This document shows positions 1 through 22,116 of a DNA stretch of 32,000 bases, piece after piece (positions within the stretch are counted from its first letter, which is position 1; every line of letters begins with the position of its first letter). The DNA is taken from the sequence record CP125802.1. The stretch is one strand, 5' to 3'. The position numbers were made by a program, and so were the translations under genes. Under the pieces are notes generated by a model. That model saw only the letters and a program-made list of their open reading frames with translations, ran no database searches and was not told the DNA's origin.

Positions 1-119
1 AAAGAAGATAGAAACCATACTGTCTCACGACGTATTGAACCCAACTCACGTAGCCTTTTAATTGACGAACAGTCAAACCCTTATTAGCTTATACTACCAA
101 TAGGATAGGCTGAGTCGAC

Positions 120-431
120 CATTTTTTTGTTTTATAGATAGATTTATTCATATCTATTTCAATTATTTTCATAATTGTTCAGACTATGTCTTAAAAAAAA
201 TTCAATCATTTTTTTCTCGGGCACTCTTGGAAAGATTATTGTTATATTACTCACTTTCTAGTCGTTGAACGTTTATTTTCCTGTCCCTCCCCGCCCTCCG
301 TGCGGGGGGACGGGGACTCCTTATATATAGAAAATACTTCGCTGCAAGTTGTCATAGTATATTATTTATACCTTAGAGTTCCTTGACAATTCACCCAATT
401 TATACTCGACATCTACTCATTTATTTATTTT
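120..431 (-). mobile_element. ORF-less group I intron in rnl domain V (312 nt)
   Basis: The exon reads ...TTTGCCACCTCGAT and ends at 432. It resumes as GTCGACTCAGCC from 119, which matches the contiguous rRNA sequence CACCUCGAU|GUCGGCUC. The 5' exon ends in U and the intervening sequence ends in G. An S-like element AAGACATAGTCT is at rc(181-193). No ORF is present. The core is nearly identical to the cob intron. Confidence 0.8.
283..320. repeat. GC cluster (imperfect palindrome) inserted in the rnl intron
   Basis: The sequence is gtccctccccgccctccgtgcggggggacggggactcc in otherwise roughly 80% AT DNA. It is absent from the same position of the paralogous cob intron (18930/18931). Its reverse complement shares the core CCGTCCCCCCGCACGGAG with the cluster at 4449-4480. 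Confidence 0.85.
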
Positions 432-3400
432 ATCGAGGTGGCAAACAACATTGACAATATCTACTCTCTCATGTTATTACACTGTTATCCCTAGCGTAAC
501 TTTTATCCGTTAATCGATCACTTGGACTATTAAAATGATCTGTTCATTATACCTTACTTACGTAGAATTTCCACTTGTTAGTGTTAAATTATTGCACAGT
601 TATCCACTATTATATTAATTTTATTTCGATTTTTTGTTCGAATATTTGATGTCAGGTCAAATTTACTGTACATAGGTTTTTCTAAATTTATAATAAATTC
701 TTATTATTTTTAACATTTTTAATGATTAATTCATTAATTCATTTTTTTAATTTATATTTTAATTGTATATGGACATATTCAGTTATTTTTTGTGAAATCA
801 ACGCCCCATTTAAACTATCAATTTAAAGCTGTCATTAATATATATCTATATCTATTATTTTACTAATAAATATGTTTTGATACTTTGATTAGGATAATTT
901 CCACTAATCTTTTCTTAATTTAGTTATTATTTATATTTCAATATTTAAATATTGAAACTGAATAAAATAAAAGTATTTCATTTGCATATCTATATATTTC
1001 TTTATATACTAATAATTTATCAAATAATAACAACTTATTAAATCATAGTAAAGCTGCATAGGGTCTTCTCGTCTACCTTTAGGTACACTGCATCTTCACA
1101 GCGATTTCAATTTCACTAAGCTTATAGTAGATACAGTTGTTACATCGTTACTCCATTCATGCAGGACTATAATTAGTAGTCACACGGTGATCAAATTTAT
1201 CATACATACATCTCCCCCTCCTATATATTTTATTCTTTCTTTACTTTCTACAGTTTAAAAAAAAAGTTTTACCTTTTTTTATATTACTAATAAATCCTGA
1301 ATTTTTTCTTGGGTATGATGTTTGGTTAGATGGGATTTTGACTTGATACCTTCTCTCGAAGGCCGTTAGAGTATACCTTAATCATAATTTATTTATTTAT
1401 TTATGACAACTACCGTCTACTCGTTGCTCTTTTACAAATATTTTACTATTTGATTTAGATACGCGATTACCTATTCTCTTTTCAGAAATCTTATATGCTG
1501 TTACCATACCTGAGTAATTACTTCAGCCACTTATAGCATTTCTACTATAGTTTGGTGATATAAGCTTTAAGGAGTCCCCGTAATTTGATAGTTTTTTCCC
1601 ATTTATATTATATTATTAAAGACTTCCTACATCTTTAAACAGGAATTTCGCTACATTATGACTCTCAGTATAAAGCCGCCATTTACTTAATTTTTATAAA
1701 TACATCTTTTAATATATTTCTTTATTATTAAACATTGGGCAGAATTCACACTTTATTCTAAAACTTATCGTTTTCGCAAAGTGCTGTGTTTTTGGTAAAC
1801 AGTCGCATAACATGTTCTTTATTCACTCTTTTTGACTAGCGTCAGAGCTTTTATTTTGCCGAGTTCATTTACTATAATTAACTTATTCACTTTCATTTAT
1901 AATTCGCATACCTGTGTCGGTCTTATTACGGTATCTTTTTTATAATATTTTTTCCTGTACCATACATAATCTTTTATTTTTTTATATGGGCTTATATTAT
2001 TTTATTTATTACCTATTAATTTATTCTTTTCAGAATAAACCTTATGGACCGATTTTTTATTAAAACCTAATGCATAAAGTGAAGAGGATTTTACCTCTTA
2101 TTCGTTACTCATGTCAGCATTCTCTATTTAATTCTATCTCTTTTTTTCTTTTTTCTATACATTTATATATTATAAATAATATATATCTATATATTCTCTT
2201 TTTTATAATAATTATTTTTTTATTATATTCTATTCATTAAATGCTTTGTTACCATAATTTATAAATTCTTTTTTTTTATATATTATTCAATAATTCAGTT
2301 ATAATTTTTAACTCCGATTATTATCTATCTATTAATCGACCAGAATGATTGCTCATCCTTTCCTTTAATAAACCCGTTGTTACACGTTGATCATAGAATA
2401 ATTACTGTCAAACTAATCCCATTATTGTTTTACGATTAATAAATATTATTTATACTTAAATTATTATTTGGAACTTTCTTTATTGATCTGGGCTGTTTCC
2501 CTTTTGACTGCCAATCTTATCACTAACAGTCTGACGTTTAATTTTCATATTAATATTATTCTGAGATTAAATTATATTGATAATATTATTACAATACCCC
2601 AATTATTATTAATTGCTTTACCATATTAATACATTACTTATTAACGCTATACTAAAATATATTTCACAAAGAACCAGCTATCTGTAGATCAGATTTGTCT
2701 TTCACTACTTACCATATATCTTCAGATAATATTGCAACATTAACCTGTTCAGTCGTTTAATATAATCTATACATTACATATTTATTATATCTTAACCACT
2801 TGTATACGGTAAGATCATCTACTTTCGGGTCTATAATTAATAACTTCTTTTCATTTTCATTCTAAATCTTTCTTATTTTCGCTATTTATTATAACTTGCT
2901 AACCCATTATACAAAAGGTACATTATTAATTAATTCTTTTTTATTAACCTTTAATTGCTCTCAATTTCACTTATTAATATTATTCCCTTTCGGTACTTAT
3001 TACACTTACTTACATTATTTAGTCTTTGGATTAGTTCTCCAATCTTCGTAGATTTCTTTTTCCTACTACTTATTTATACTTCTCTATTTTCTCTCACCAA
3101 TATTCATAGAATCTATGTTTATTTCTTTTCCTCAAGGTACTTAGATGTTTCAGTTCCCTTGGTTCTTTTCTCTCAGTTTCCTTTAGGTCTCAATATATTT
3201 ATCATATATTATTGTTTACCCTTATGTAAGTAGCTCTTATATTAATAAATTCATCTTTTTTATTTAATTCACACATATATTTTTCAATTTATTTATTTAT
3301 ATCTTATTTATATTATTATATACTTTTTTTTATTTTATATATATAAATATATTTTTATAAATATTTATTTTCTCATCTCTTATCATCTCATCTCTTATCT

Positions 3401-3478
3401 ATCTTATCTTATCATATATTATATTATATTATATAGTATTATATTTTTAATACTATCATATTAGATTATTTATATATT

Positions 3479-3487
3479 TACTTATAT
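3479..3487 (-). promoter_or_regulatory. Candidate yeast-type mitochondrial promoter nonamer (ATATAAGTA on the minus strand), upstream of rnl
   Basis: Plus-strand TACTTATAT is the reverse complement of ATATAAGTA, the S. cerevisiae mitochondrial promoter consensus. It lies between the atp6 stop (3574) and the rnl body. Whether this lineage uses the motif is unknown. Confidence 0.3.
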
Positions 3488-3573
3488 ATTTTAATGTATC
3501 ATATATATATATATATATATATTTATTTATATTTATATATTTATATATTTTTATGTATATTATACATATATAT

Positions 3574-4344
3574 CTAATGTAAGAATAAACTATCTTTTAA
3601 ATATGATGATGTTAATATAGCAAATACATAAGCTTGGATACAAGCTATAGCGAATTCTAATATTACTATTGCGAATATTCCTGCTATTGGTAATAAACCT
3701 ATTATGAATGTTAATTTACTTATTCCCATGAATGTTTTTACTAAATTACCTAATATACTCATTAATAAATGACCTGATAATGTATTAGCTGCTAATCTTA
3801 ATCCTAATGATACTGCTCTTGCTGAATATGATAATAATTCTATTAATACTAGTAATGGTACTAAAGCTAATGGTGTTCCTACTGGTACAAATAAACTGAA
3901 GAATACTATATTATGTAAGTATAATCCTAATATTGTTAAACCTATTCATAAACTTAATGATATTGATATTATAAATACTATACTTGTTGCTATTGCAAAG
4001 TTATATGGTATCATACCTATTAAGTTTGCTACTAATATAAATACAAATAATGTATATATTAATGGTACGTATCTTCCATATATTGTTCCTCCTATTTGTC
4101 CTTTTACCATATTTACTATTGTATCTACTGTTGCTTCTATTGCTATTAATCAGTTTGATCCTACTATTAATTTTCTATCTAATCCTAATCCTAATACTAT
4201 TAATATTGATAATACTACTAATCCTATATATAAACTAAATGTTGTTACATTTATTGCACTTAAATCTAATATCGGTGATGATAATGATACAAAAGTGTTT
4301 ATTTTAAATTGTTCTAATGGTGAATTTATAAATATCATTGACAT
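3574..4344 (-). CDS. atp6: ATP synthase F0 subunit a (256 aa)
   Basis: ORF-track pieces 4150..4344 (MSMIFINSPLEQF...) and 3574..3762 (...AIACIQAYVFAILTSSYLKDSLFLH) are in the same frame. They are joined by reading TGA as Trp. The length is 771 nt, or 257 codons including the stop. Confidence 0.95.
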
Positions 4345-4448
4345 TTCTTTCTCTTTCTTTTTTTCTTATAAAAAATATACATATATCTCTCATAATCTTT
4401 ATGATTTTCTCATCTCTCTCTCACCTTATTTTTTAAGGTACTTTTATC

Positions 4449-4480
4449 CACCGTCCCCCCGCACGGAGTGCGGGGGGGCG
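4449..4480. repeat. Intergenic GC cluster between atp6 and cox1
   Basis: The sequence is ccaccgtccccccgcacggagtgcgggggggcg. It belongs to the same family as 283-320 but is in the opposite orientation. Confidence 0.85.
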
Positions 4481-4649
4481 AATAAATAAATAAATTCTCT
4501 CTTTTATATTATTATATAAATTAATTCATAAATTAATTAATTATCTCTTTATACTTTCTTTATATATATATATATATATATATATATTTTTATATATTTA
4601 ATTAATGATTATTATTAATATATATTTATATTAATAAATTTAATTAAAC

Positions 4650-15622
<10,973 letters not shown>

Positions 15623-15837
15623 TTTTATGCATTTCTTTTTATTATATATAATTCTTATTACTTATCTTATTCCATTAATATCTCCTTATATATATTATTT
15701 TACTTTAACTAACTATCTCACATTCTTTTCCTCTTTTTTTATACTAATTAATATCTTTTTACCCTTTATATTTTATAAATATATTATATTATTATATATA
15801 TATTAAATATATATATATATATATATATATATTTTAT

Positions 15838-16290
15838 TTATTTTTTATTTATATTTTTTATATAGTTATATACATCAAATTTTGATGATCTACTTGAAGT
15901 ATTTATTAATCTAACTAATGATATTGCATTTGAACCTAATTCATAAACAAAACCAACAACTAATATTAATAAGAATAATATAAAGAATATTAATCCGAAA
16001 TTACCTACTATATAACTAGATATTATATAAGGTAACATTGAAGATACTTCTAAATCAAAAGGTAAGAATAATAAAGCTATTAATATAAATGGGATAGGTA
16101 CTGGGTTATTACTTTGTTTAAAACTATCAAATCCACATTCAAAAGGATTACTTTTTTCTATATAATCAGTACTATTACCTACATTTTCATCCATTTTACT
16201 ACTTTCTACTAATAAATAGTTAACTATTATTAATATTAAACCTAATAATCCTACTACTATTAAAAATCAATTAAAGATATCTTGAAACAT
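15838..16290 (-). CDS. nad3: NADH dehydrogenase subunit 3 (150 aa)
   Basis: Track ORF 15838..16194 contains NPFECGFD and LPFDLEV. It extends 32 codons upstream through one TGA codon to ATG 16290 (MFQDIFNWFLIVVGLLGLILIIVNYLL...). Confidence 0.9.
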
Positions 16291-16291
16291 A

Positions 16292-17896
16292 TTAAATCAT
16301 ATTTAAAGTTACTATAAATGTTCCTCTTATTATGTTATTATATTCAAATAGTATTAATAATATTACTAATGTCATTAAACTTATTTGATAACTTATATTA
16401 TTATTCATTAATAATAAATTATTTCCATCTTTACTTATTACTTTATCTTTTAATGTTATATATACATTTTCCATTTTACTTAATAATGATTCATTATATA
16501 CTGATACATCTTTATAGTTATATAAATTATAATTATTTAATATATCAAAACATAATTCTTTTATTACACTACCATAATAATAAGCTGATATTGAACTTGC
16601 TATTACTAATAATATTGATAAGAATATATATCCATTACCTAATGCACTTATAAATACTAATAATTTTCCATAGAATCCACTTAGAGGTGGTATTCCTATT
16701 AATGAGAAGAATGATATACATAAAGCTATACATAAATAACTATTTTTATTTAATAATACTCTAAATTGACTTATATATTCTATTGGTGAGTATTTACTTA
16801 ACATTACATCATATTTTCCTACTTCACCTTTACTTTCTCCTTTTAATATATTTATATGACTATATATTGGTAATAATAATATTATACTAAATGTATTTAT
16901 ATGAGTTATTGAATATTGTAATATATAGAATAAATATCCTATATATGAGTATCCATTACTTGCTATTATTGCTAATAACATATAACTTACATTTAATAAA
17001 CTACTATAAGCTAATAATGTTTTTATTCTTATTACATTTACTCCACCTATTGATCCTATTATCATTGATATTAATATTATAAAGCTTATTATATTTATTA
17101 TATTACTACTACTTTCTGTTTCTACTAAATTTACTATACTTACTAAACTTAATATTAATGTTAATATACTTAATTTTGGTAATAAACTTATATAATATGT
17201 TACTATTGTTGGTGCTAATGTATATATTACTATTGAATAACTATAAAATGGAGCTAATCCTACTTTTATAAATAATCCTAATAATATTATTAATATATCA
17301 TATATATTTATATTATTTATACATAATGATATTAATTCTATATTTGTTAATCCTATTTCTTCATATATTGATACTGTACCATCTAATATTATAAATGATC
17401 CTATACTACCTACTATAAAGTAATATAATCCACTTTTTACACTATTACTTGATGTATTATATGCTGATGTTATTAAATATAATGAATATGATTGTAATTC
17501 TATTACTATAAATAATACCATTAAATCATTTACTAATATTAATAATATTAATCCTAATATATTAAATAATATTAATAATCCTAATGATTCTTTTACTTGT
17601 ATTATATGATCTAATACTTTTATTGTTGTTATATTACATGATAATAATAACATATATATTATCCCTACTAATAATATTAAATTCATCATATAATTTGATA
17701 AACTATCTATATATAATAAACTATTATATAATGAGTTCCCTAATACTAACATCTCTGTTGTATTTATATTTATATTTATTAATAATACATTTACTAAACT
17801 TAATAAACATACTCTTTTTAATCATTTTTTACATTCGTTGTTTTTTTCTATTATACTTGTTAATACTACAAATATTATTATTGTTATTGCTAACAT
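16292..17896 (-). CDS. nad2: NADH dehydrogenase subunit 2 (534 aa with the upstream ATG; 486 aa from the internal ATG at 17752)
   Basis: Track ORF 16292..17752 is a hydrophobic ND2-like protein. The frame stays open for 48 further codons through one TGA codon to ATG 17896 (MLAITIIIFVVLTSII...). The TAA stop at 16292-16294 is 1 nt from the nad3 ATG. Confidence 0.85.
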
Positions 17897-18074
17897 TTTA
17901 TTTTTTATTTTTTTTTCACCCCACTTTACCCGTATATTTTTACATATACCATCCTCTGATATATATATATATATATATTTATATATATTTATATATTTAT
18001 TTATTTATAATTATAAATGATATTATAATTATTTATATTATATTATATTATATTTAAGATATATTATATTATAA

Positions 18075-19614
18075 TTATTTATTTATTCTACCTAAATAGA
18101 ATAATACATTTTCTAATGTTGATATTGCTGGAACTATTATTAAGAAATAAGCAAAGTAGAAAGCTGTACAATTTACACCTAATTGTATAAATGGTACTTC
18201 TACATGTAATTGTCCTAAGTTTCCTAATAATATAAAGTTAAATACAAATAATCAGAAGAAGAATTTAGATATTGGTTTAAATGCTAATCCTCTATATAAA
18301 CTTCTATCTGTTATTGGTAATATTAATAATATTAATAATGCTCCAAACATTGCTAATACTCCACCTAGTTTATCTGGTATTGAACGTAATATTGCATAGA
18401 ATGGTAATAAATATCATTCAGGTACGATCGAGGCTGGTGTAACCAATGGATTACCGGGGATATAATTATCTGGATGTCCTAATGTATTAGGTGAGAAGAA
18501 TACAAAGAAACAGAATAATATTAAGAATACAAATACTGTTATTGCATCTTTAAATATAAAGTATGGGTGCATACTTAATCTATCCATATTTCCTGTTATA
18601 CCTATTGGGTTTGATGATCCATGTACATGTAAAGCTATTAAATGTAATACTACTAATGCTGCTAATACAAATGGTAATAAGTAATGTAATGCAAAGAATC
18701 TTTGTATTGTTGGGTTACTTACTGAGAATCCTCCTCATATGACTTAAAAATAACATTTTATATTCATTTTATTAATATTTATTATTTATTTCTAAATAAA
18801 TTAGACTATGTCATCAACCTATATATATTTATATCTATAGTATAGTATAGTATAGTATAGGTTGGAGAGCTCTCTTGGAAAGATTATTGTTATATTACTC
18901 ACTTTCTAGTCGTTGAACGTTTATTTTCCTTTTTTATACATATAGAAAATACTTCGCTGCAAGTTATCATAGTATATATATTAAATATACCTTAGAGTTC
19001 CTTGACAATTCACTCTCTTTTTCAATAAATCTTACGATTTAAAGCCGCTCATTCTTTTTTTTTGTTTTTATATTATATATTATATAATATTATGTTATTA
19101 AAAAAAGGATTAACTAAATTAACGGTACTATATCAGCTCCTATAAATGGTATAGCTGATAATAAGTTAGTTATAACTGTAGCTCCTCAATGTGACATTTG
19201 TCCATAAACTAAACAATATCCCATAAATCCTGTTGCCATTGTTGCTATTAATATTATTACTCCTACTATTCATACTAATACTCTTGGTTTACGGTATGAT
19301 CCATAATATAATGCTTTACCTACATGTATATACATACATCCAAAGAAGAATGATGCACCATTTGCATGTATATATCTTATTAATCATCCTAAATTTACAT
19401 CTCTCATTATATGTTCTACTGAATCAAATGCTAATTCTATATGTGATGAATAATGCATTGCTAAGAATATTCCTGAAGCTATTTGTATTACTAAACATAA
19501 TCCTAATAAACTTCCTAAATTATATCAATAATTTAATGAACTTGGTTGAGGTGAATCTATTAAATAGCTATTTGCTAAACTTATATATGGTTGGCTTTTT
19601 CTATAAGCTATCAT
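18075..19614 (-). CDS. cob: Apocytochrome b, 2 exons (19614..19122 and 18742..18075), 386 aa
   Basis: Exon 1 reads [58 protein letters not shown]...GADIVP. Exon 2 reads (F)[45 protein letters not shown]...[12 protein letters not shown]. The two exons total 1161 nt, or 387 codons. Confidence 0.93.
18743..19121 (-). mobile_element. ORF-less group I intron in cob (379 nt)
   Basis: The junction ccg t|...ttaag|tc ata tga gga restores VP-F-IWGGFSV. The 5' exon ends in U and the intron ends in G. Positions 18872-19013 are nearly identical to rnl intron 224-394. It contains a (TATAG)n-type pentanucleotide run at 18838-18862. Confidence 0.8.
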
Positions 19615-19768
19615 ATTTTTTTTCTTTTTCTCTTTTTATACTCTTATAAATTTTTTCTTATTTTATCTTTATTACATTACATAACATAACATAACATAAC
19701 ATCTTTTTTTTTTCTCTCTTTTTTTCTTTACTATCTTTATAGTAGGTTAGTTTTTCTCTTTTTTTTTA

Positions 19769-19839
19769 CAGGTCTAAAAAGACTTGAACTCTCAAAAATA
19801 GCTTTGAAGGCTACTGTTTTACCATTAAACTATAGACCT
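19769..19839 (-). tRNA. trnW: tRNA-Trp, anticodon UCA
   Basis: The fold is AGGTCTA-TA-GTTT-AATGGTA-AAAC-A-GTAGC-CTTCAAA-GCTAT-TTTT-GAGAG-TTCAAGT-CTTTT-TAGACCT-G, a 71-nt cloverleaf. Confidence 0.9.
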
Positions 19840-19914
19840 TTATTTTTATTTTTATTTTTATATATATATATATTTATATATATTTATTATGAATAATATG
19901 ATAATTTTAGTTAA

Positions 19915-21412
19915 TTTTTACCACCCACCGCTGATTCCTCAACGATAACTGTATTTCAACTTCTCACTAGTCATTTTCTAACTGAGTATATGATACCTTA
20001 TAATATTTCCAATTTTATAGATTAAATATTATATATATTATATTTTTAATATTTAGATAAACTTCAAGCGAATGATGAGTAATTAGTACGAAACAGAAAG
20101 GAAGTTCACCATAACTTAATGAATTATGATTACTAGCAATTCCTTTTTCATAATCTCGAATTTCAGAGATTAATCCACATTATATACACCTCTATAAGTA
20201 TATTTGATATTCCATTTTCTTTTCTTTATTTATTTTTTTTATATCTTTTCTTTTTCTTTATCAATTTTGTATTGCGTCTTTAGCCCACTATATTAAAGTC
20301 ATCAGGATTTGTTGTAGTTCCTTTTATTATGTATTTTTTTAATTAAATTCATTATTATCTATATTCTTTTTTATAGATTCGGATTTTCGTCTGTTTATGA
20401 AGTTAATCATAACCTTAAAGCACAGACTTTAAACAACGATGTAACATTTGTCATCATATATTTTTTTATATGAGATTCAAATAATGGTAAGATTTTCGGG
20501 GATTATCGAATTAAAAAACACAATCCACTGCCTACAACTGTAACCGTCTATTGTCTTGGATTTCAACTTTGAAGCTATACTCTCCTGGCGGAATACTTTT
20601 GCTTTCGCTTTTATTTTTCAATAAGTATTCATCGTTTACTGCATGAACTACTCGGGTATCTAATCCGTTTTGCTACTCATGCCTTCATCCCTCAATGTCA
20701 GTTAAATTTTTAATTTTATCTTCACGTTTATTTGTCTAATTATTTTCCACACATTTCATCTCTCAATATAATTTTTCATAATTATTCTATTTAACTCTAA
20801 TATATTTTTTAATATATCATTCTACGGATCCTTTAAGCCATTAATGATTAACGTTCGCCTCCTTAGTTTAGCCGCAACTGCTGGCACTAATTTTGGTTAA
20901 GACTTCTATATATATTCTCATCTTTTTTCTTCTATATATATATTGATTTTATATTCTTCATTATTATTTTCTTTTTACTTTTTTTTTATAATCTTCATCT
21001 TTCTAAGTAACTAGATCAATCTTTCGATCATTGTCTAATATTCCTTACTGCTGTATTATATGCAATTTATTTCTAAATTACATCTTTTATATTGACCTTA
21101 TTCAAGATCAATGTGGTCATTATAACTTTCATTATTGACTATGGATCTATGGCTAGGTTAATCTCTCTATTTTATCCTACTACCTATTCCACATATTAAC
21201 TGGACTATCATCAAATCTCTTCTTTATTTATGCCCCCCCAAAGGAAGACACCTTTCATATATATTTCATATATCACAATAGTTCACATTTTAATATTTTA
21301 CTCACCTTTACACAACTTTATTAACATATTTTATACATTAATTGAGTCTTATTCGCATGTATTATGTCCTTAGATAACGCTTAATCTGAGCCGACATCAT
21401 ACTCTTTTCTTT
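19915..21412 (-). rRNA. rns: Mitochondrial small-subunit rRNA
   Basis: rc(21375-21405) reads AGTATGATGTCGGCTCAGATTAAGCG, the 5' end motif. rc(20868-20890) reads GTGCCAGCAGTTGCGGC, the 530 loop. rc(20655-20675) contains GATTAGATACCC. rc(19915-19960) reads GTTATCGTTGAGGAATCAGCGGTGGGTGG, the 3' end. Both ends are approximate to within about 10 nt. Confidence 0.9.
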
Positions 21413-21486
21413 ATTAAATTCTTTTTCTTTTTTTATTATTATATACTTTTTTAACATATATATATTATATATATTTATATTTATTA

Positions 21487-21557
21487 TAGGAACTAATGGA
21501 GTTGAACCATTAACTTAAGAGTGTAAATCTGATGTTATACCATTTAACTAAATTCCT
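21487..21557 (-). tRNA. trnV: tRNA-Val, anticodon UAC
   Basis: The fold is AGGAATT-TA-GTTA-AATGGTA-TAAC-A-TCAGA-TTTACAC-TCTTA-AGTT-AATGG-TTCAACT-CCATT-AGTTCCT-A. Confidence 0.85.
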
Positions 21558-21565
21558 TTTCTTTT

Positions 21566-21638
21566 AGCTCCTTTAACGAGTCGAACGTTAATTATATTAT
21601 TAGAAGTAATATGTTTTAACCAATTAAACTAAAAGAGC
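21566..21638 (-). tRNA. trnR: tRNA-Arg, anticodon UCU
   Basis: The acceptor stem is GCTCTTT/AAGGAGC. The anticodon arm is TATTA-CTTCTAA-TAATA. The T arm is TAACG-TTCGACT-CGTTA. Confidence 0.85.
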
Positions 21639-21703
21639 CCAGCCTATCAATTATACAACCTAACCTCCTTTTATACTATATTATACTATAATATATTATA
21701 CTT

Positions 21704-21775
21704 TCAGATAGGCTAGAATCGAACTAACTAATTCCTCTACCCAAAAAAGGCACCTAACCATTCGGTCTCTATCTG
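21704..21775 (-). tRNA. trnP: tRNA-Pro, anticodon UGG
   Basis: The acceptor stem is CAGATAG/CTATCTG. The anticodon arm is CCTTT-TTTGGGT-AGAGG, with G37. The T arm is GTTAG-TTCGATT-CTAGC. Confidence 0.85.
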
Positions 21776-21981
21776 TTTCTTATATACATATATACTTATT
21801 AACTTCCATTTCGTTTCTTATCTACATTCTCTCTATTTTTCCCTTCCTTCTCTTTTATTTATTTTTATGATTTTCCATTATTATATATATCTATATTATT
21901 ATATATTTCTTATTCTCTTTCTTATTTAAATATTTATTTTATTTCTTTACCCTTTTATTTTTATTTTTATTAATTATTAGG

Positions 21982-22021
<40 letters not shown>

Positions 22022-22116
22022 TTATATTTATATATGATTATATTTATTTATATTTATATATGGTTATATTTATATAATATAAAATATAAGATATATTGAT
22101 TAATTAATTGATTGAT

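Larger units (their letters stand above)
1..3330 (-). rRNA. rnl: Mitochondrial large-subunit rRNA, with its 3' end beyond the window edge. It is interrupted by a group I intron at 120..431.
   Basis: The reverse complement carries conserved 23S motifs. rc(1-60) reads CTACGTGAGTTGGGTTCAATACGTCGTGAGACAGTATGG. rc(480-500) reads GTTACGCTAGGGATAACAG. rc(1049-1077) reads GGTAGACGAGAAGACCCTATGCAGCTTTA. rc(3131-3155) reads GGGAACTGAAACATCTAAGTACC. There is no credible ORF. The 5' boundary cannot be fixed by eye and lies somewhere in 3240-3480. Confidence 0.93.

Noticed and set aside
600-1020. A second intron in rnl, suggested by the long AT-rich stretch between conserved domain IV/V blocks
   Set aside because: I see no group I or II core elements, no ORF and no clear exon discontinuity. 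AT-rich expansion segments of this size are normal in yeast mitochondrial LSU rRNA.
3501-3550. CRISPR-like or tandem arrays suggested by the repeated tttatatttatat / (ta)n blocks
   Set aside because: These are simple AT microsatellites without repeat-spacer organisation, and CRISPR is not expected in a mitochondrial genome. They are reported only as a possible 3'-flank signal.
21231-21250. The run tgcccccccaaaggaagacacc inside rns, considered as a GC-cluster insertion
   Set aside because: It is short and not palindromic, and I cannot show by eye that it is absent from the conserved rRNA structure. I therefore do not claim it.
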